Source: Promethearchaeota archaeon
GTDB taxonomy: Archaea; Asgardarchaeota; Lokiarchaeia; Sigyniarchaeales; SOKP01
Length of the DNA stretch: 64,000 nt
Assembly (NCBI GenBank): GCA_019057795.1
Contig: JAHLWS010000073.1
Location: forward strand, 64,001-128,000
Reading direction: 5' to 3'
The position numbers were made by a program, and so were the translations under genes. How positions within the stretch are numbered: the first letter of the stretch is position 1; every line of letters begins with the position of its first letter. Below the pieces are notes generated by a model. The model did no database searches, was not told the origin of the DNA, and saw only the letters and a list, made by a program, of their open reading frames with translations. This document shows, in pieces, positions 19,665 to 29,459 of the stretch.

Positions 19665-20144
19665 ATGCGAAAATTCCCAAAAAGAGTTAGAAAAATGAGA
19701 GGGACCCGTACACATGGATATGGAAGAGTAGGGCAACATCGAAAAGCAGGCCAGAGAGCTGGAAAAGGTAAAACATCTCAATGGAAGAAAAGTAAAAAAT
19801 CCTATTATCTCAAGCAAAAAGAACTTGGGTTCCCAGACCCAGATTGGGATTTTGGAAAACAAGGTTTTAAAAGACCACAAGATATTAATCGTATTTATCA
19901 AGTAAACGCTCTAAATGTAAAAGATTTAGATTCAAAAATAGAGGAATTAACTAAAAATAACATAGCCTCAAAATCGGGAAATACTTATACGATTGATTTA
20001 AAAGATGTAAATATTCAAAAAATCTTAGGTCGTGGAGAAATTAATAAAAAAATTAATATTTCAGTTAGTAAAGCTTCAAAAAGAGCTATTGAGAAAATCG
20101 AGTCTGCTGGTGGAAAAGTAACGCTTCTTTCGGAAGCTAAATGA
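19665..20144 (+). CDS. rpl15: 50S ribosomal protein uL15
   Basis: RKMRGTRTHGYGRVGQHRK, FGKQGF, KILGRG, AIEKIESAGG. Confidence 0.97.
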   Translation: MRKFPKRVRKMRGTRTHGYGRVGQHRKAGQRAGKGKTSQWKKSKKSYYLKQKELGFPDPDWDFGKQGFKRPQDINRIYQVNALNVKDLDSKIEELTKNNIASKSGNTYTIDLKDVNIQKILGRGEINKKINISVSKASKRAIEKIESAGGKVTLLSEAK

Positions 20145-20195
20145 TTAACTCATTAATATTTTTTACCTATCTTTTTTATTTTTGTTTATTAGGAA

Positions 20196-20858
20196 TTAAT
20201 CTAATAATTTTATAATTAGTTGAATTAATCCAGGTAATATAAATATAAATCCTAGAGTGTTTCCAACTAAATGAATCGTTGTAAATATAATACCAGAAAG
20301 ATAGGACGCGATAAAATATTCTATCGCAATAGAAACTATAAAACCACCAAATAAAGTGCTTAAAATATCATATATAAAAGTAATTGACGCACCTAAAACT
20401 CCAAGTATTAACATTATTTGAAAAACATACAAATCTTCCCTTGGCTTAAAATATTTTTTGTTCCATAAATAATCTCTCGTAAGCCCACCTAACGCTCCAG
20501 TTAAAGTATAATGCGCTAACTGGTAAAAGAAAAGTGGTGGCGGCGAAGGTCCGAATGGATTAAAAAAAGTAAATATGGTTGAACTTAACAACCCAACTAT
20601 GGCTCCTTCCTTTTTGTTCATAACGAAACCAGCTAAAAAGATCATCAAGGTAAAAATCTCAATGTTGGGAATATACGCCAACATATACCCCAAAACAACT
20701 GCCAAGGCTGAAAATGTACCTATTAACGCAATTCGAAAACTTTTTTTTTCTAACCAAACTGATTGATTAACTCTTTCAATTTCTTCGCTTACACTATTGC
20801 TTTCAAATGAGATGTGAGATTTTCCATGTTCTTTAGATACTTCTGAATCAATAACCAT
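20196..20858 (-). CDS. ECF transporter S component (CbrT-like, possibly cobalamin)
   Basis: About six TM helices; IPNIEIFTLMIFLAG, NPFG, IHLVGN; ATG at 20858 preferred over TTG at 20915. Confidence 0.75.
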   Translation of the reverse strand: MVIDSEVSKEHGKSHISFESNSVSEEIERVNQSVWLEKKSFRIALIGTFSALAVVLGYMLAYIPNIEIFTLMIFLAGFVMNKKEGAIVGLLSSTIFTFFNPFGPSPPPLFFYQLAHYTLTGALGGLTRDYLWNKKYFKPREDLYVFQIMLILGVLGASITFIYDILSTLFGGFIVSIAIEYFIASYLSGIIFTTIHLVGNTLGFIFILPGLIQLIIKLLD

Positions 20859-21352
20859 CTTAACTTTTATTCCTTCTTTGTTTGGCAAAATTCTGTTGAA
20901 GTTTAAATATTTCAAAACTATTTGTATTAAATTTGATTAATTAATTATTAATTTAAAATCTTATGAAATCAAATATTTAAAAATGCAGGGTTTACAAGAT
21001 ATTTTACTGAATTTTACATTGATCCAAGCAATATCCTCGAAAGAATCCCTCTATTAATATAAAACTGAGAAAAGAATTAATGAAATTCCTCTTAATTACA
21101 TTTTAATCTGAGATCGCCTATAGGAATCCTAACCTATTTGTTTCGAGCGCTATCCTTCATAAAACCTTTTAAAGTAATCACTCTAGATCAATTCTATCTA
21201 TAGTAGAAGGCGGGAATCCTGGCTAGGTTTTAACTGGTAAATTCATAATCTTTTTATTATATTTTAACTTTTAATTTTTAGGAAAAGATGGGATAAGTTT
21301 CCTAACATTTCTGTCAAATAATAAAAATAAAAAATTGAAAAAAATTGATCTT

Positions 21353-22168
21353 ATGAATAAAAAAAACATATTTCTTGGCATTTTCACCTCGCTATTGGTA
21401 TTTCAAACAATCTTTTTAGTCCTAACTCCGATTAGTAAAGCCGATACAGCAATTCCAGAAAATTTTTGCGGAAAATTAGATTTAAGTGAGGTTTATATTT
21501 ATAATGTATCTTCTTTTAATACAAGCAAGCCTCTTGAGTGGAGAGACTTAGATTGGATTCCAAGAGGTTTTGCCAATACAACTCCTGGAGGGCAGATACT
21601 AGTAAATTTCACTGGTTTTTACGATAAAGCTCCTAACGATGACTATAATCTTTTTGAAAGTCCAATATCATACATGGACATAGAGTTCAAGGAGAATAGA
21701 CTAGGCGTTCTTGTTACAAATACTACTTTCTACAATACTTCAAATGGCGAAGCAGACAATAATTTAGTTATAGGCTATAATAAATTTAAGTCAGGATTTT
21801 TAATTCCAATTAATAATTTCACTTACTTGAAACAACAAGCCTACGCACAAGATGAACCTCCATGGATGAATGCAACCGTTATCATCGAAGAGACTCAAAA
21901 TAGCATTACATTTGAATTTCATCAGAAAGGGGGATTACCTCAGAGAACCAAATCTATATACGATAAAATTTCAGGTCTTCTAGTTTACACAAATACTTCA
22001 TTTGGAAATTATACGCTTGAGATGACATTAACTAATCTACCTGACTTAACCACTGAACTTCCATTTATTTCTGCATACCCTACATTAATCATATTTACTA
22101 GCCTTAGTATAACAACAATAATCTTAATTCTCAGTGCAAAAAGAAAAACGAAAAAAAGCAAAAATTAG
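21353..22168 (+). CDS. Exported protein with signal peptide and C-terminal membrane anchor (Loki-CTERM-like)
   Basis: N-terminal hydrophobic signal, many N-x-S/T sequons, C-terminal ISAYP + TM helix + basic tail. Confidence 0.7.
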   Translation: MNKKNIFLGIFTSLLVFQTIFLVLTPISKADTAIPENFCGKLDLSEVYIYNVSSFNTSKPLEWRDLDWIPRGFANTTPGGQILVNFTGFYDKAPNDDYNLFESPISYMDIEFKENRLGVLVTNTTFYNTSNGEADNNLVIGYNKFKSGFLIPINNFTYLKQQAYAQDEPPWMNATVIIEETQNSITFEFHQKGGLPQRTKSIYDKISGLLVYTNTSFGNYTLEMTLTNLPDLTTELPFISAYPTLIIFTSLSITTIILILSAKRKTKKSKN

Positions 22169-22216
22169 ATTTACAATAAATTATTATTTTTTTTTAAATT
22201 GTTTTTATTTTGAATC

Positions 22217-22642
22217 ATGGAAAAAAGGATTAAATATATTTTATTGATATTTATTGGAATATCTTGCTTTAGTTTACTATTTATTTTTAATACTATCCTA
22301 CTACAAAATCCAGAACCTCCTATTAATCAAGATAATGGAGAAAGAGATGTGAAACAGTACTGTGTTGAAAATATTACGCTAATAATTGATTATTCCGGTA
22401 TAAAACCTAATGAGAAATTTGAAAATATAAATTTGACTAATTATGAAACTACAGCATATCACCTTTTACTTAATTGTTGTGAAATTGTTATTATAGATTA
22501 TGGTTGGGGGGTATATATAAAAGAGATTAATGGTGTTGGAGTTGGTTGGATATATACAATTAACAACGGTGTGCCCCCGAGTATGCCAATAAATTATTTC
22601 AATTTATTAGATAACGATATTGTTAAATGGACACATGTATAA
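22217..22642 (+). CDS. Membrane-anchored DUF4430 (transcobalamin C-terminal-like) domain protein
   Basis: N-terminal TM; ITLIIDY, TAYHLL, YGWGVYIKEINGV, WIYTINN, L.D.DIVKW. Confidence 0.75.
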   Translation: MEKRIKYILLIFIGISCFSLLFIFNTILLQNPEPPINQDNGERDVKQYCVENITLIIDYSGIKPNEKFENINLTNYETTAYHLLLNCCEIVIIDYGWGVYIKEINGVGVGWIYTINNGVPPSMPINYFNLLDNDIVKWTHV

Positions 22643-22682
22643 ATAAAAATCTAAAATGAGTATTTTTAACTTAACTAATAAT

Positions 22683-23120
22683 TTATGAAGTATGTAAATC
22701 TTTTGATTCAATTTTCTTAAGAACGGGCTCCATATCTTTAAAGGATTTACGGATTTTATGGAAATAATAACCCAATTTATATCCTTTGGAGCAATTGGTA
22801 AATAGCATGAAGTTATTGTCTGAATCTCCAACTAAAATAATAGTATAACCTTTTACCCCTCTAATTACAATTTCTCTTAAATCTCCTTGTCCCAAACCAC
22901 TACTAATTTTTTCTCCCAATGAAATTAATGTGGCAGGGCTCGCACTATAAATATCTGCTACAATATCAGCAGTTTCAGAGCTAGCTATTCTCAATCCCGT
23001 TTTTGATACGATTGCAGAACCCTCTAAATCTGTAGAACTTTCTAACTTCTCTAAGTTTTGCATAATTTCTCCCAATATTTCTGGATCGATGTTGATTTCT
23101 GATGTTTCAATTTTTTCCAT
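22683..23120 (-). CDS. Roadblock/LC7 domain protein
   Basis: LEGSAIVSKTGLRIAS, A.LISLGEKIS..LG.G.LREIVIRG.KGY, KLG. Confidence 0.85.
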   Translation of the reverse strand: MEKIETSEINIDPEILGEIMQNLEKLESSTDLEGSAIVSKTGLRIASSETADIVADIYSASPATLISLGEKISSGLGQGDLREIVIRGVKGYTIILVGDSDNNFMLFTNCSKGYKLGYYFHKIRKSFKDMEPVLKKIESKDLHTS

Positions 23121-23130
23121 TTTAACTACC

Positions 23131-24591
23131 TCACTTAATATTATTAATAATTTTCAGCAAATTTAAATCTTTTTTAGATTTCAAAGTGAAACTCCGTAAT
23201 TCTTTTAAAGCGATTGGGTCACCTTTTTTCAGGGTTTGGTCTTTTGTTTCAATCCCTACAATTACTAATCCTTTCGTTCCAAATGTACCAGTAATTTTAG
23301 TAAATGGGTGCTCCAATTTGCGACCAATGATTTTTTTAGCTCCTTCGTAGCTTTGGGCTAAACCGCTACAAACGATCCCTTGAGTATGTTCGGGGTTTTG
23401 AATAAATCCTTTCTTTATTTTAAACTTATACAATTTTGGAGGATCTTTAATTACGGTGATCAGTTTTGCTGCGCCAATTATCCTTAAAGTTGTCGGTGGA
23501 AGGTCCAATCGACTTAAAAGCATTGTATTTCTTTCCTTATTAATAAACACTTTTTCGTTTAACCATAAAAAGGCATTGTATGTATTTAAATCACCCGAAC
23601 TTTCTAATTGAATCTTTTTCCCATTTTTTTCATAATAAGGAAATAAGTTTCCCGTAACTGTGAACATCCCTATTGTAACATGCACTTGGGTCCCAAATTG
23701 AGTCTTAGGTTTGAATAATTTATTTTGTTTTACTCGAATATCAATTAGGTCGCAAAAGTCGAATGCTTTCTTATTATTTGTAGCGTAACAACCGCGATAT
23801 ACCTTCTTAATATCTAATCCTTTTATATTAACTCCAACTCTATCACCTGCTTTAGCTTCATCAACATTCTGGCGAAAAATTTGAATAGATTTGACTCTAC
23901 CTGAACTATTAACCGGGATCACATCTATATTCTGGTTTAGCTTTAACCTCCCCCTTAAGATTGTTCCCGTAATTACCGCTCCTCTTCCCTTTATTAAAAA
24001 ATGGTGATCAATTGGGATGATAACACTTCCTTCGTAATTTCTTTTAATATCAAAAGTTTTAACTTTCTCTAAAATTCCTTGCTTTAAATCTTCAAATCCG
24101 AGTTTTTTTTTTGCAGAAACCGAAAAAATAGGTATATCCGAACCATATGAGGTCGATCTAAAAAATTCTCTAATTTTCTTAACTTCTGCATCTAAATCTC
24201 CTTTAAATAAATCAATTTTGTTAAGTACGACTATAATATCTTTTATATCGAGCGACTCTATCATTATTAAATGTTCTCCAGTTTGAATCTGAGGGCCTTT
24301 AGTTATATCAATTACGATTAGAGCACAATCAATAATCTCCACTGAAGAAGCACTAATTTTAATCAAATCGGCGTGACCAGGACCATCTACTAAGGTGATC
24401 AAATATTCCTCTAAAATAAAACTCGTAAAACCTAAATCTATTGTAATACCCCTTTCCTTGCTCTGAGGATGAGCGTCAATTCCAGCAGTTGAAATAAACT
24501 CGCTTAAAACTGCGGCTACTGCCGTCTTGCCGGAATCTATATGACCAAAAAGACCGATATGGACGGGAATTTTCTTCTCAATTTTTAACAT
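23131..24591 (-). CDS. selB: Selenocysteine-specific elongation factor (archaeal SelB / eEFSec type)
   Basis: GHIDSGKT, ERGITIDLGF, DGPGHADL, QTGEH, NKID, DHHF..KGRG, RLDLPPTTLRI, domain IV GTFGTKG. Confidence 0.93.
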   Translation of the reverse strand: MLKIEKKIPVHIGLFGHIDSGKTAVAAVLSEFISTAGIDAHPQSKERGITIDLGFTSFILEEYLITLVDGPGHADLIKISASSVEIIDCALIVIDITKGPQIQTGEHLIMIESLDIKDIIVVLNKIDLFKGDLDAEVKKIREFFRSTSYGSDIPIFSVSAKKKLGFEDLKQGILEKVKTFDIKRNYEGSVIIPIDHHFLIKGRGAVITGTILRGRLKLNQNIDVIPVNSSGRVKSIQIFRQNVDEAKAGDRVGVNIKGLDIKKVYRGCYATNNKKAFDFCDLIDIRVKQNKLFKPKTQFGTQVHVTIGMFTVTGNLFPYYEKNGKKIQLESSGDLNTYNAFLWLNEKVFINKERNTMLLSRLDLPPTTLRIIGAAKLITVIKDPPKLYKFKIKKGFIQNPEHTQGIVCSGLAQSYEGAKKIIGRKLEHPFTKITGTFGTKGLVIVGIETKDQTLKKGDPIALKELRSFTLKSKKDLNLLKIINNIK

Positions 24592-24804
24592 TGAAATAAA
24601 AAGGAAAAATGAAATGAATCTATGATGTAATTTAATAATTATTTAAAATTAATATCTTTTAATATAAAAATATTAGAATAAATAATTTATTTTAATAAAT
24701 CAGAGAAATAAGTGTAATTATTGGACTCCAATAAAATTTAATTACAAATACAATATCATTTTATTATATCTTATTTTAAATCAAACCGAGAAGTGAGAAG
24801 TTAA

Positions 24805-25680
24805 ATGGCTAAATATTGTGTATATTGCGGCAATCCGTTGAAAAGTGAAGATAAATTCTGTATAATCTGTGGGAAGCCAGTTCTAGCAGGCGTAAAAAAG
24901 TCAGAAAAAACCGAGGTCGAGAAAGTTAAAGAATTCATTAAAGACAAGAAAAAACTTAGGGAAGAACCCGCTGAGGAAATTAATATAGAAGAAGCTGTCG
25001 AAGATAAGTCTGAAAAACCCGAAAAAAAAAGCAAAAAGAAAAAGGATAAAAAAGACGAAAAAGAAATTGTAGAGAAACCTCTCCCATTTGAAGTCAAAGA
25101 GCAGATGATCTTGAACATAGAATATAATGATACTCAATTAAATAAACAAATATTGCTTGAAAAATTAAAAGAACTTCAAAAATCTGTAAAAGATCCAAGA
25201 TACGATGTAGATCCAGAATATAAAAAAACGGTTAATATAAAACTCGAAGCGATTAAAACTTTAATAACTGAATTAAAACAAAAAGAAGGCGAATTAGAGC
25301 AAAAATTGGAGAAACCATTTATTGTTCAGAGAATTCAAGACGATATTGAAAAGAAAATCTTTCAATTAAAAAACCTGTCAAAAGAATTTAAATTACACAA
25401 AGTCGATAAAGAATCGTTTGAAAAGCTACGAGAAAAGTACAACCAAGCAAAAAAGGACCTCGAAACGGAGAAAAAAGATTTGACAGAAGGAATGAAACTT
25501 TGGATTAAGGAATTAAAAATGGAAAAAGCTGAACTCCAATCGGAGAGAAACTTAAACAAAGGACGATTTTCAGCAAAAGAAATTTCTGAAGACGATTTTA
25601 AAGCTAAAAGCAAAGCTTTTGATTTAAAACTTAAAAAAATTGATATAAAAATCAAGACTCTTGTAAATCTTACTAAATAA
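24805..25680 (+). CDS. Zinc-ribbon plus long coiled-coil hypothetical protein
   Basis: YCVYCG...FCIICG at the N-terminus; K/E-rich heptads. Confidence 0.75.
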   Translation: MAKYCVYCGNPLKSEDKFCIICGKPVLAGVKKSEKTEVEKVKEFIKDKKKLREEPAEEINIEEAVEDKSEKPEKKSKKKKDKKDEKEIVEKPLPFEVKEQMILNIEYNDTQLNKQILLEKLKELQKSVKDPRYDVDPEYKKTVNIKLEAIKTLITELKQKEGELEQKLEKPFIVQRIQDDIEKKIFQLKNLSKEFKLHKVDKESFEKLREKYNQAKKDLETEKKDLTEGMKLWIKELKMEKAELQSERNLNKGRFSAKEISEDDFKAKSKAFDLKLKKIDIKIKTLVNLTK

Positions 25681-25731
25681 TCAAAACCTAAATTTTTAAT
25701 TTATTTCGAATATTATAATATTTGATTTAAT

Positions 25732-25857
25732 ATGAGAAAAAAACTAATTGGTCTTATAATTTTTATAATTGCCTTATCTTTACTAACAATAGGGCTCATA
25801 AATAGCGATTATCTTAAAATTAATTCTCTTTACGAACTAATGAATTCTTTTACATAA
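25732..25857 (+). CDS. Small membrane peptide (41 aa)
   Basis: MRKKLIGLIIFIIALSLLTIGLINSDYLKINSLYELMNSFT*: basic N-terminus followed by a TM helix. Confidence 0.5.
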   Translation: MRKKLIGLIIFIIALSLLTIGLINSDYLKINSLYELMNSFT

Positions 25858-25874
25858 AAGCGGTTTATGTTAAG

Positions 25875-26186
25875 CTAATCCCAACGTTTCCCTTTACCTA
25901 AAGCAGCTGAATTTTCTAAAAAACCCTTCTTCTGGTATACCTTTTCTTGGGATTTTCTATATTTATTCGCGTCTCTATAATGTTTTTTACAGAGAAAAAT
26001 TTTATGTTGCCTATTTTCAAAAATTTTTAAATTTGCTTTCTCAACGTAAGTTTTCCATTTATTTTCTGAAAGCGATCTTATGGCGATCTCTCCACAGTCT
26101 CTCACTGAACAACTTTTTCCCTTACTTGCTGTTGCGCTAAGGTCTCCTTTCTCTCTAAGTTCTTTAGGTAACTTCAATTTTAACAC
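25875..26186 (-). CDS. Small Zn-finger-like hypothetical protein
   Basis: CSVRDC...AIRSLS...FLCKKHY pattern. Confidence 0.7.
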   Translation of the reverse strand: MLKLKLPKELREKGDLSATASKGKSCSVRDCGEIAIRSLSENKWKTYVEKANLKIFENRQHKIFLCKKHYRDANKYRKSQEKVYQKKGFLENSAALGKGKRWD

Positions 26187-26259
26187 TTACTAAAATTTTA
26201 TTAGGATTGAATATTATAATCTTAAATTAATTACCATCTTAAAATTTTTCCTAAAATTC

Positions 26260-26970
26260 ATGGATTCTTCGAACTTAATTTTCGATGAAAATCTTATTAA
26301 GAGCAAACTTTATGACTGCGATTCACCTTTGAGAATATCTCTTAAAGACAATTTTTTTACAAGTTCAGCAGTGCTTTTTTCTATCGTTCCATACAAAGAA
26401 AAACCCTACGAATTAATATTAATTCATCGTTCAAATAGAGGAACAAAACATAGGGGGGAAATGTCGTTTCCAGGAGGTAAATTCGAAGTTAATAACGATA
26501 AATCCTTAGAAGACACCGCTTTAAGAGAAACTGAAGAAGAAATTGGCGTACCAAGGAAAAATATTAAAATTCTTGGTTGTCTTGACGATTTTCCTACAAT
26601 GACGAAGTATATTATCACCCCATTTGTAGCAATTATTGATCAAAATCAAAAATTAATTAAAGAGGATAGAGAAGTTCAGAAGATATTAAAAATTCCTGTC
26701 GATTTCTTCTTAAGTAAAGAAAATTTTCGAGAACAAGCTGTAGACATTGATGGCAATAAGTTCCCTATATTCTACTTTAATTACATCAATAAAGAAAATG
26801 GCAAAAAATATACTATTTGGGGAGCAACGGCTTATATGATTGTAACTTTTCTGGAAGATTTATATGGATTTACTCTTTCAAACTTAGGATTGGAGCGATT
26901 TAGACTTGAAAAAATAAAAGATTTAAAAGAGTATCTTAAATATCGAAACCAAATTACTAAGAAATTTTAA
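26260..26970 (+). CDS. Nudix hydrolase, CoA pyrophosphatase (NUDT7/8-like)
   Basis: SAVL, HRGEMSFPGG, TALRETEEEIG, IWGATA. Confidence 0.92.
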   Translation: MDSSNLIFDENLIKSKLYDCDSPLRISLKDNFFTSSAVLFSIVPYKEKPYELILIHRSNRGTKHRGEMSFPGGKFEVNNDKSLEDTALRETEEEIGVPRKNIKILGCLDDFPTMTKYIITPFVAIIDQNQKLIKEDREVQKILKIPVDFFLSKENFREQAVDIDGNKFPIFYFNYINKENGKKYTIWGATAYMIVTFLEDLYGFTLSNLGLERFRLEKIKDLKEYLKYRNQITKKF

Positions 26971-27003
26971 TAATTTAATACAATATTCAAAATACTGATA
27001 CCT

Positions 27004-27672
27004 ATGGATTTCATTTTTGATGAGAACTTTATTAGAAAGAAACTGAAAGACTTTAATTCTCCAGATCGTCTGGCTATGTCGCACGAATATTTTATTAATT
27101 CTGCCGTCATATTTCTAATTCTTCAATACAAGGATAAACCGTATGATTTGGTTCTATTTCGAAGAACCAAAAGTAAAACAGATAAACATTCAGGAGAAAT
27201 GTCATTTCCTGGAGGTAAATTCGACTCAACGCTTGATAAATCTTATTTAGATACGGCGTTAAGAGAACTCGAAGAAGAACTAGGCGTTTCCAAAACAAAT
27301 GTCAATGTTTTGGGCTCTATAGACGACCATCTTACACCTAAAGGATTTATTATTACTGCTTTTGTAGCCTATATCGACCAAGATGTAAGAATTGTAAAAG
27401 AAGAAAACGAAGTACAAGAAATTGTAAAAATACCAATAACTTTTTTTGCAAATAAAAAAAACTACAAAGAAAGGACTTACAATCTCAAAGGAGACCTAAT
27501 TGGAGTTGGTAAATTTAATTACAGATCCGCAGAAAATAAAAAATATGTCATATTTGGTGCGACATCTCATATTATAGTCAATTTTATTGACACAATCTAT
27601 AATATTGGATTAATGACACCTGGATGTCGACGAATAAATTGTGAAGACATTAAAGATAGAATAATTAGATAA
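27004..27672 (+). CDS. Nudix hydrolase, CoA pyrophosphatase (tandem paralog)
   Basis: HSGEMSFPGG, TALRELEEELG, IFGATS. Confidence 0.92.
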   Translation: MDFIFDENFIRKKLKDFNSPDRLAMSHEYFINSAVIFLILQYKDKPYDLVLFRRTKSKTDKHSGEMSFPGGKFDSTLDKSYLDTALRELEEELGVSKTNVNVLGSIDDHLTPKGFIITAFVAYIDQDVRIVKEENEVQEIVKIPITFFANKKNYKERTYNLKGDLIGVGKFNYRSAENKKYVIFGATSHIIVNFIDTIYNIGLMTPGCRRINCEDIKDRIIR

Positions 27673-27756
27673 TATCGAAAATTTAAAATAAACATAAAAT
27701 TCATTTAAATCTATAAATATTAAGTATTAACAGTAAATCTATATAATAATTAATTT

Positions 27757-27912
27757 GGCCCCCGGCGGTCGGAATTTGATTTGATCATTTCGATCTCATA
27801 CGATAAGTGGTCTCTGACGCTGGGCTTCAAACCCAGTTATCCTGCGGAGGGATAGGGGTTCGATATGGAAAGAGATTTGTTCTTTTCGAGGAAATCCCCC
27901 TGGGGGCCGCCA
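27757..27912 (+). tRNA. selC: tRNA-Sec (anticodon UCA) with two BHB introns (27774-27806 in the D-arm, 27865-27894 in the T-loop); mature length 93 nt
   Basis: 9-bp acceptor GGCCCCCGG/CTGGGGGCC + GCCA; anticodon arm CTGGG-CTTCAAA-CCCAG; long variable arm; 4-bp T-stem; after splicing a 7-bp D-stem GTCGGAG/CTCTGAC and T-loop TTCGATT; adjacent to SepSecS. Confidence 0.93.
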
Positions 27913-27945
27913 AATTCAAAATTTAAGTAATTTCACGGGAAATTT

Positions 27946-29313
27946 ATGTTTGACTTTAATAAAATTATTGATTATTTTAAGAGCACATCAATTCCACAAA
28001 ATATGTTAGATAGAGGGCAATTAGTTTTAAACAATTTCTTAAAACCAATGAAAACGCTATTTGAGCAAAGAAATGTCCCTCAAAAGCCTTGGAGTGAAGG
28101 TCAAATCGAGTTTTTGCTTCAAATGCTTTCAAATATGGATACCGACAAAGATGATAAAGCTTCTCGAGTAGGGGAGCGTGAAGCAAGAATTGCATCGAGC
28201 TTACACTTAAAAACTTCAAGTGGATTTTGTCATGGGATAGGACGAAGTGGATTCTTAACAGCACCACAACCAAAAGCTCCTGGGGGCTCTATAATGTATG
28301 AACTCAGTAATTATTTAGCTCTTAATTTCCTTAGAAAATTTGGAATGTCAAATATAAAAAAAGCAATCGTCGTCCCTCAATGCACTGGAATGTCTTTAGC
28401 TTTATGTCTAGGGGCGCTCAGACCTAATTGGGATAAAAAAAATTTAATTAATAAAAGAACTGTAATTGTTCCTCAAATTGACCACAAATCTCTAATAAAA
28501 GCTATTAATTTGATGGGAATGAGAATAAAAACTGTTGAAGGGAAAATTTTTGGGGATGCAGTTAGAATACCAATTGAAGACATTGAAGCTAGTTTAGATA
28601 GTGATTGTTTTGCTGTAATCTCTTTAACAAGTTTCTTTCCTCCTCGAGAACACGACAATATTAAAGAGATTAGCAAGTTTGCTAAAAAAAACGATCTGGT
28701 TCATATAATTATTAACGCCTATGGTGTACAAAGCCCAGAATGGATGAAATTAATCCGGGTTGGTATCGACGCTGGTAGAATTGATGCAATTATTCAATCA
28801 ACTGATAAAAATGTTCTTACTCCTGTTGGTGGAGCAATAATAGCATCCCCAAGCGAAGAAATTATAACCAAAATCAGCCAAGCTTACGCAGGTCGCGCTT
28901 CTGCTGCTCCAATTGTGAACTTTCTTATATCAATGTTATCTTTAGGAATAGAAGGGTACCAAAAACTCTTAAGAGAACAACAAGATAATCGAAAATTACT
29001 AGAAAATCAATTAAAAGGAGTTGCCGAAAAAATCAACGAAAAAATTCTCGATGTGTTTAATCCTGTAGCTGTTGCTGTGTCTTTAAATAACTTAAAAAAA
29101 GAACAATTGTTCGCGTTAGGGGGCGCTTTATACAACTTAAGAGTCACTGGTCCACGAGTATATAATCCTGAAGAAAGCGTATTTGGAACGTGTTGTACTG
29201 AATATATAACACCATATATCGTAATGAACGCCGCTATTGGGGCAACATCAGAAGATATCGTTTCTGCTGTTGAGAGATTTGAAAAAGCTTACGATCAAAT
29301 AACTCAAAAATAA
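27946..29313 (+). CDS. spcS: O-phosphoseryl-tRNA(Sec) selenium transferase (SepSecS)
   Basis: MDTDKD, RVGEREARI, FCHGIGRSG, PQPKAPG, IDHKS, IINAYG, QSTDKN, YAGRA. Confidence 0.96.
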   Translation: MFDFNKIIDYFKSTSIPQNMLDRGQLVLNNFLKPMKTLFEQRNVPQKPWSEGQIEFLLQMLSNMDTDKDDKASRVGEREARIASSLHLKTSSGFCHGIGRSGFLTAPQPKAPGGSIMYELSNYLALNFLRKFGMSNIKKAIVVPQCTGMSLALCLGALRPNWDKKNLINKRTVIVPQIDHKSLIKAINLMGMRIKTVEGKIFGDAVRIPIEDIEASLDSDCFAVISLTSFFPPREHDNIKEISKFAKKNDLVHIIINAYGVQSPEWMKLIRVGIDAGRIDAIIQSTDKNVLTPVGGAIIASPSEEIITKISQAYAGRASAAPIVNFLISMLSLGIEGYQKLLREQQDNRKLLENQLKGVAEKINEKILDVFNPVAVAVSLNNLKKEQLFALGGALYNLRVTGPRVYNPEESVFGTCCTEYITPYIVMNAAIGATSEDIVSAVERFEKAYDQITQK

Positions 29314-29459
29314 TAATTTTCTAATATTATTTCTATTTAAGTTAGGAAAAATATAATACCGCTTTTAATAGTAAATTACGATGACATAATAATTTTTCAA
29401 TACTAAAATAATAAAAACTAGAAGAACAATATTATACTAAATATTTAGGGTTATTAACG

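Noticed and set aside
20985-21240. RNase P RNA, SRP RNA or a complete cobalamin riboswitch
   Set aside because: I could not build the RNase P P4 pseudoknot, SRP helix 8 or the riboswitch 5' core. Kept only as an unexplained spacer.
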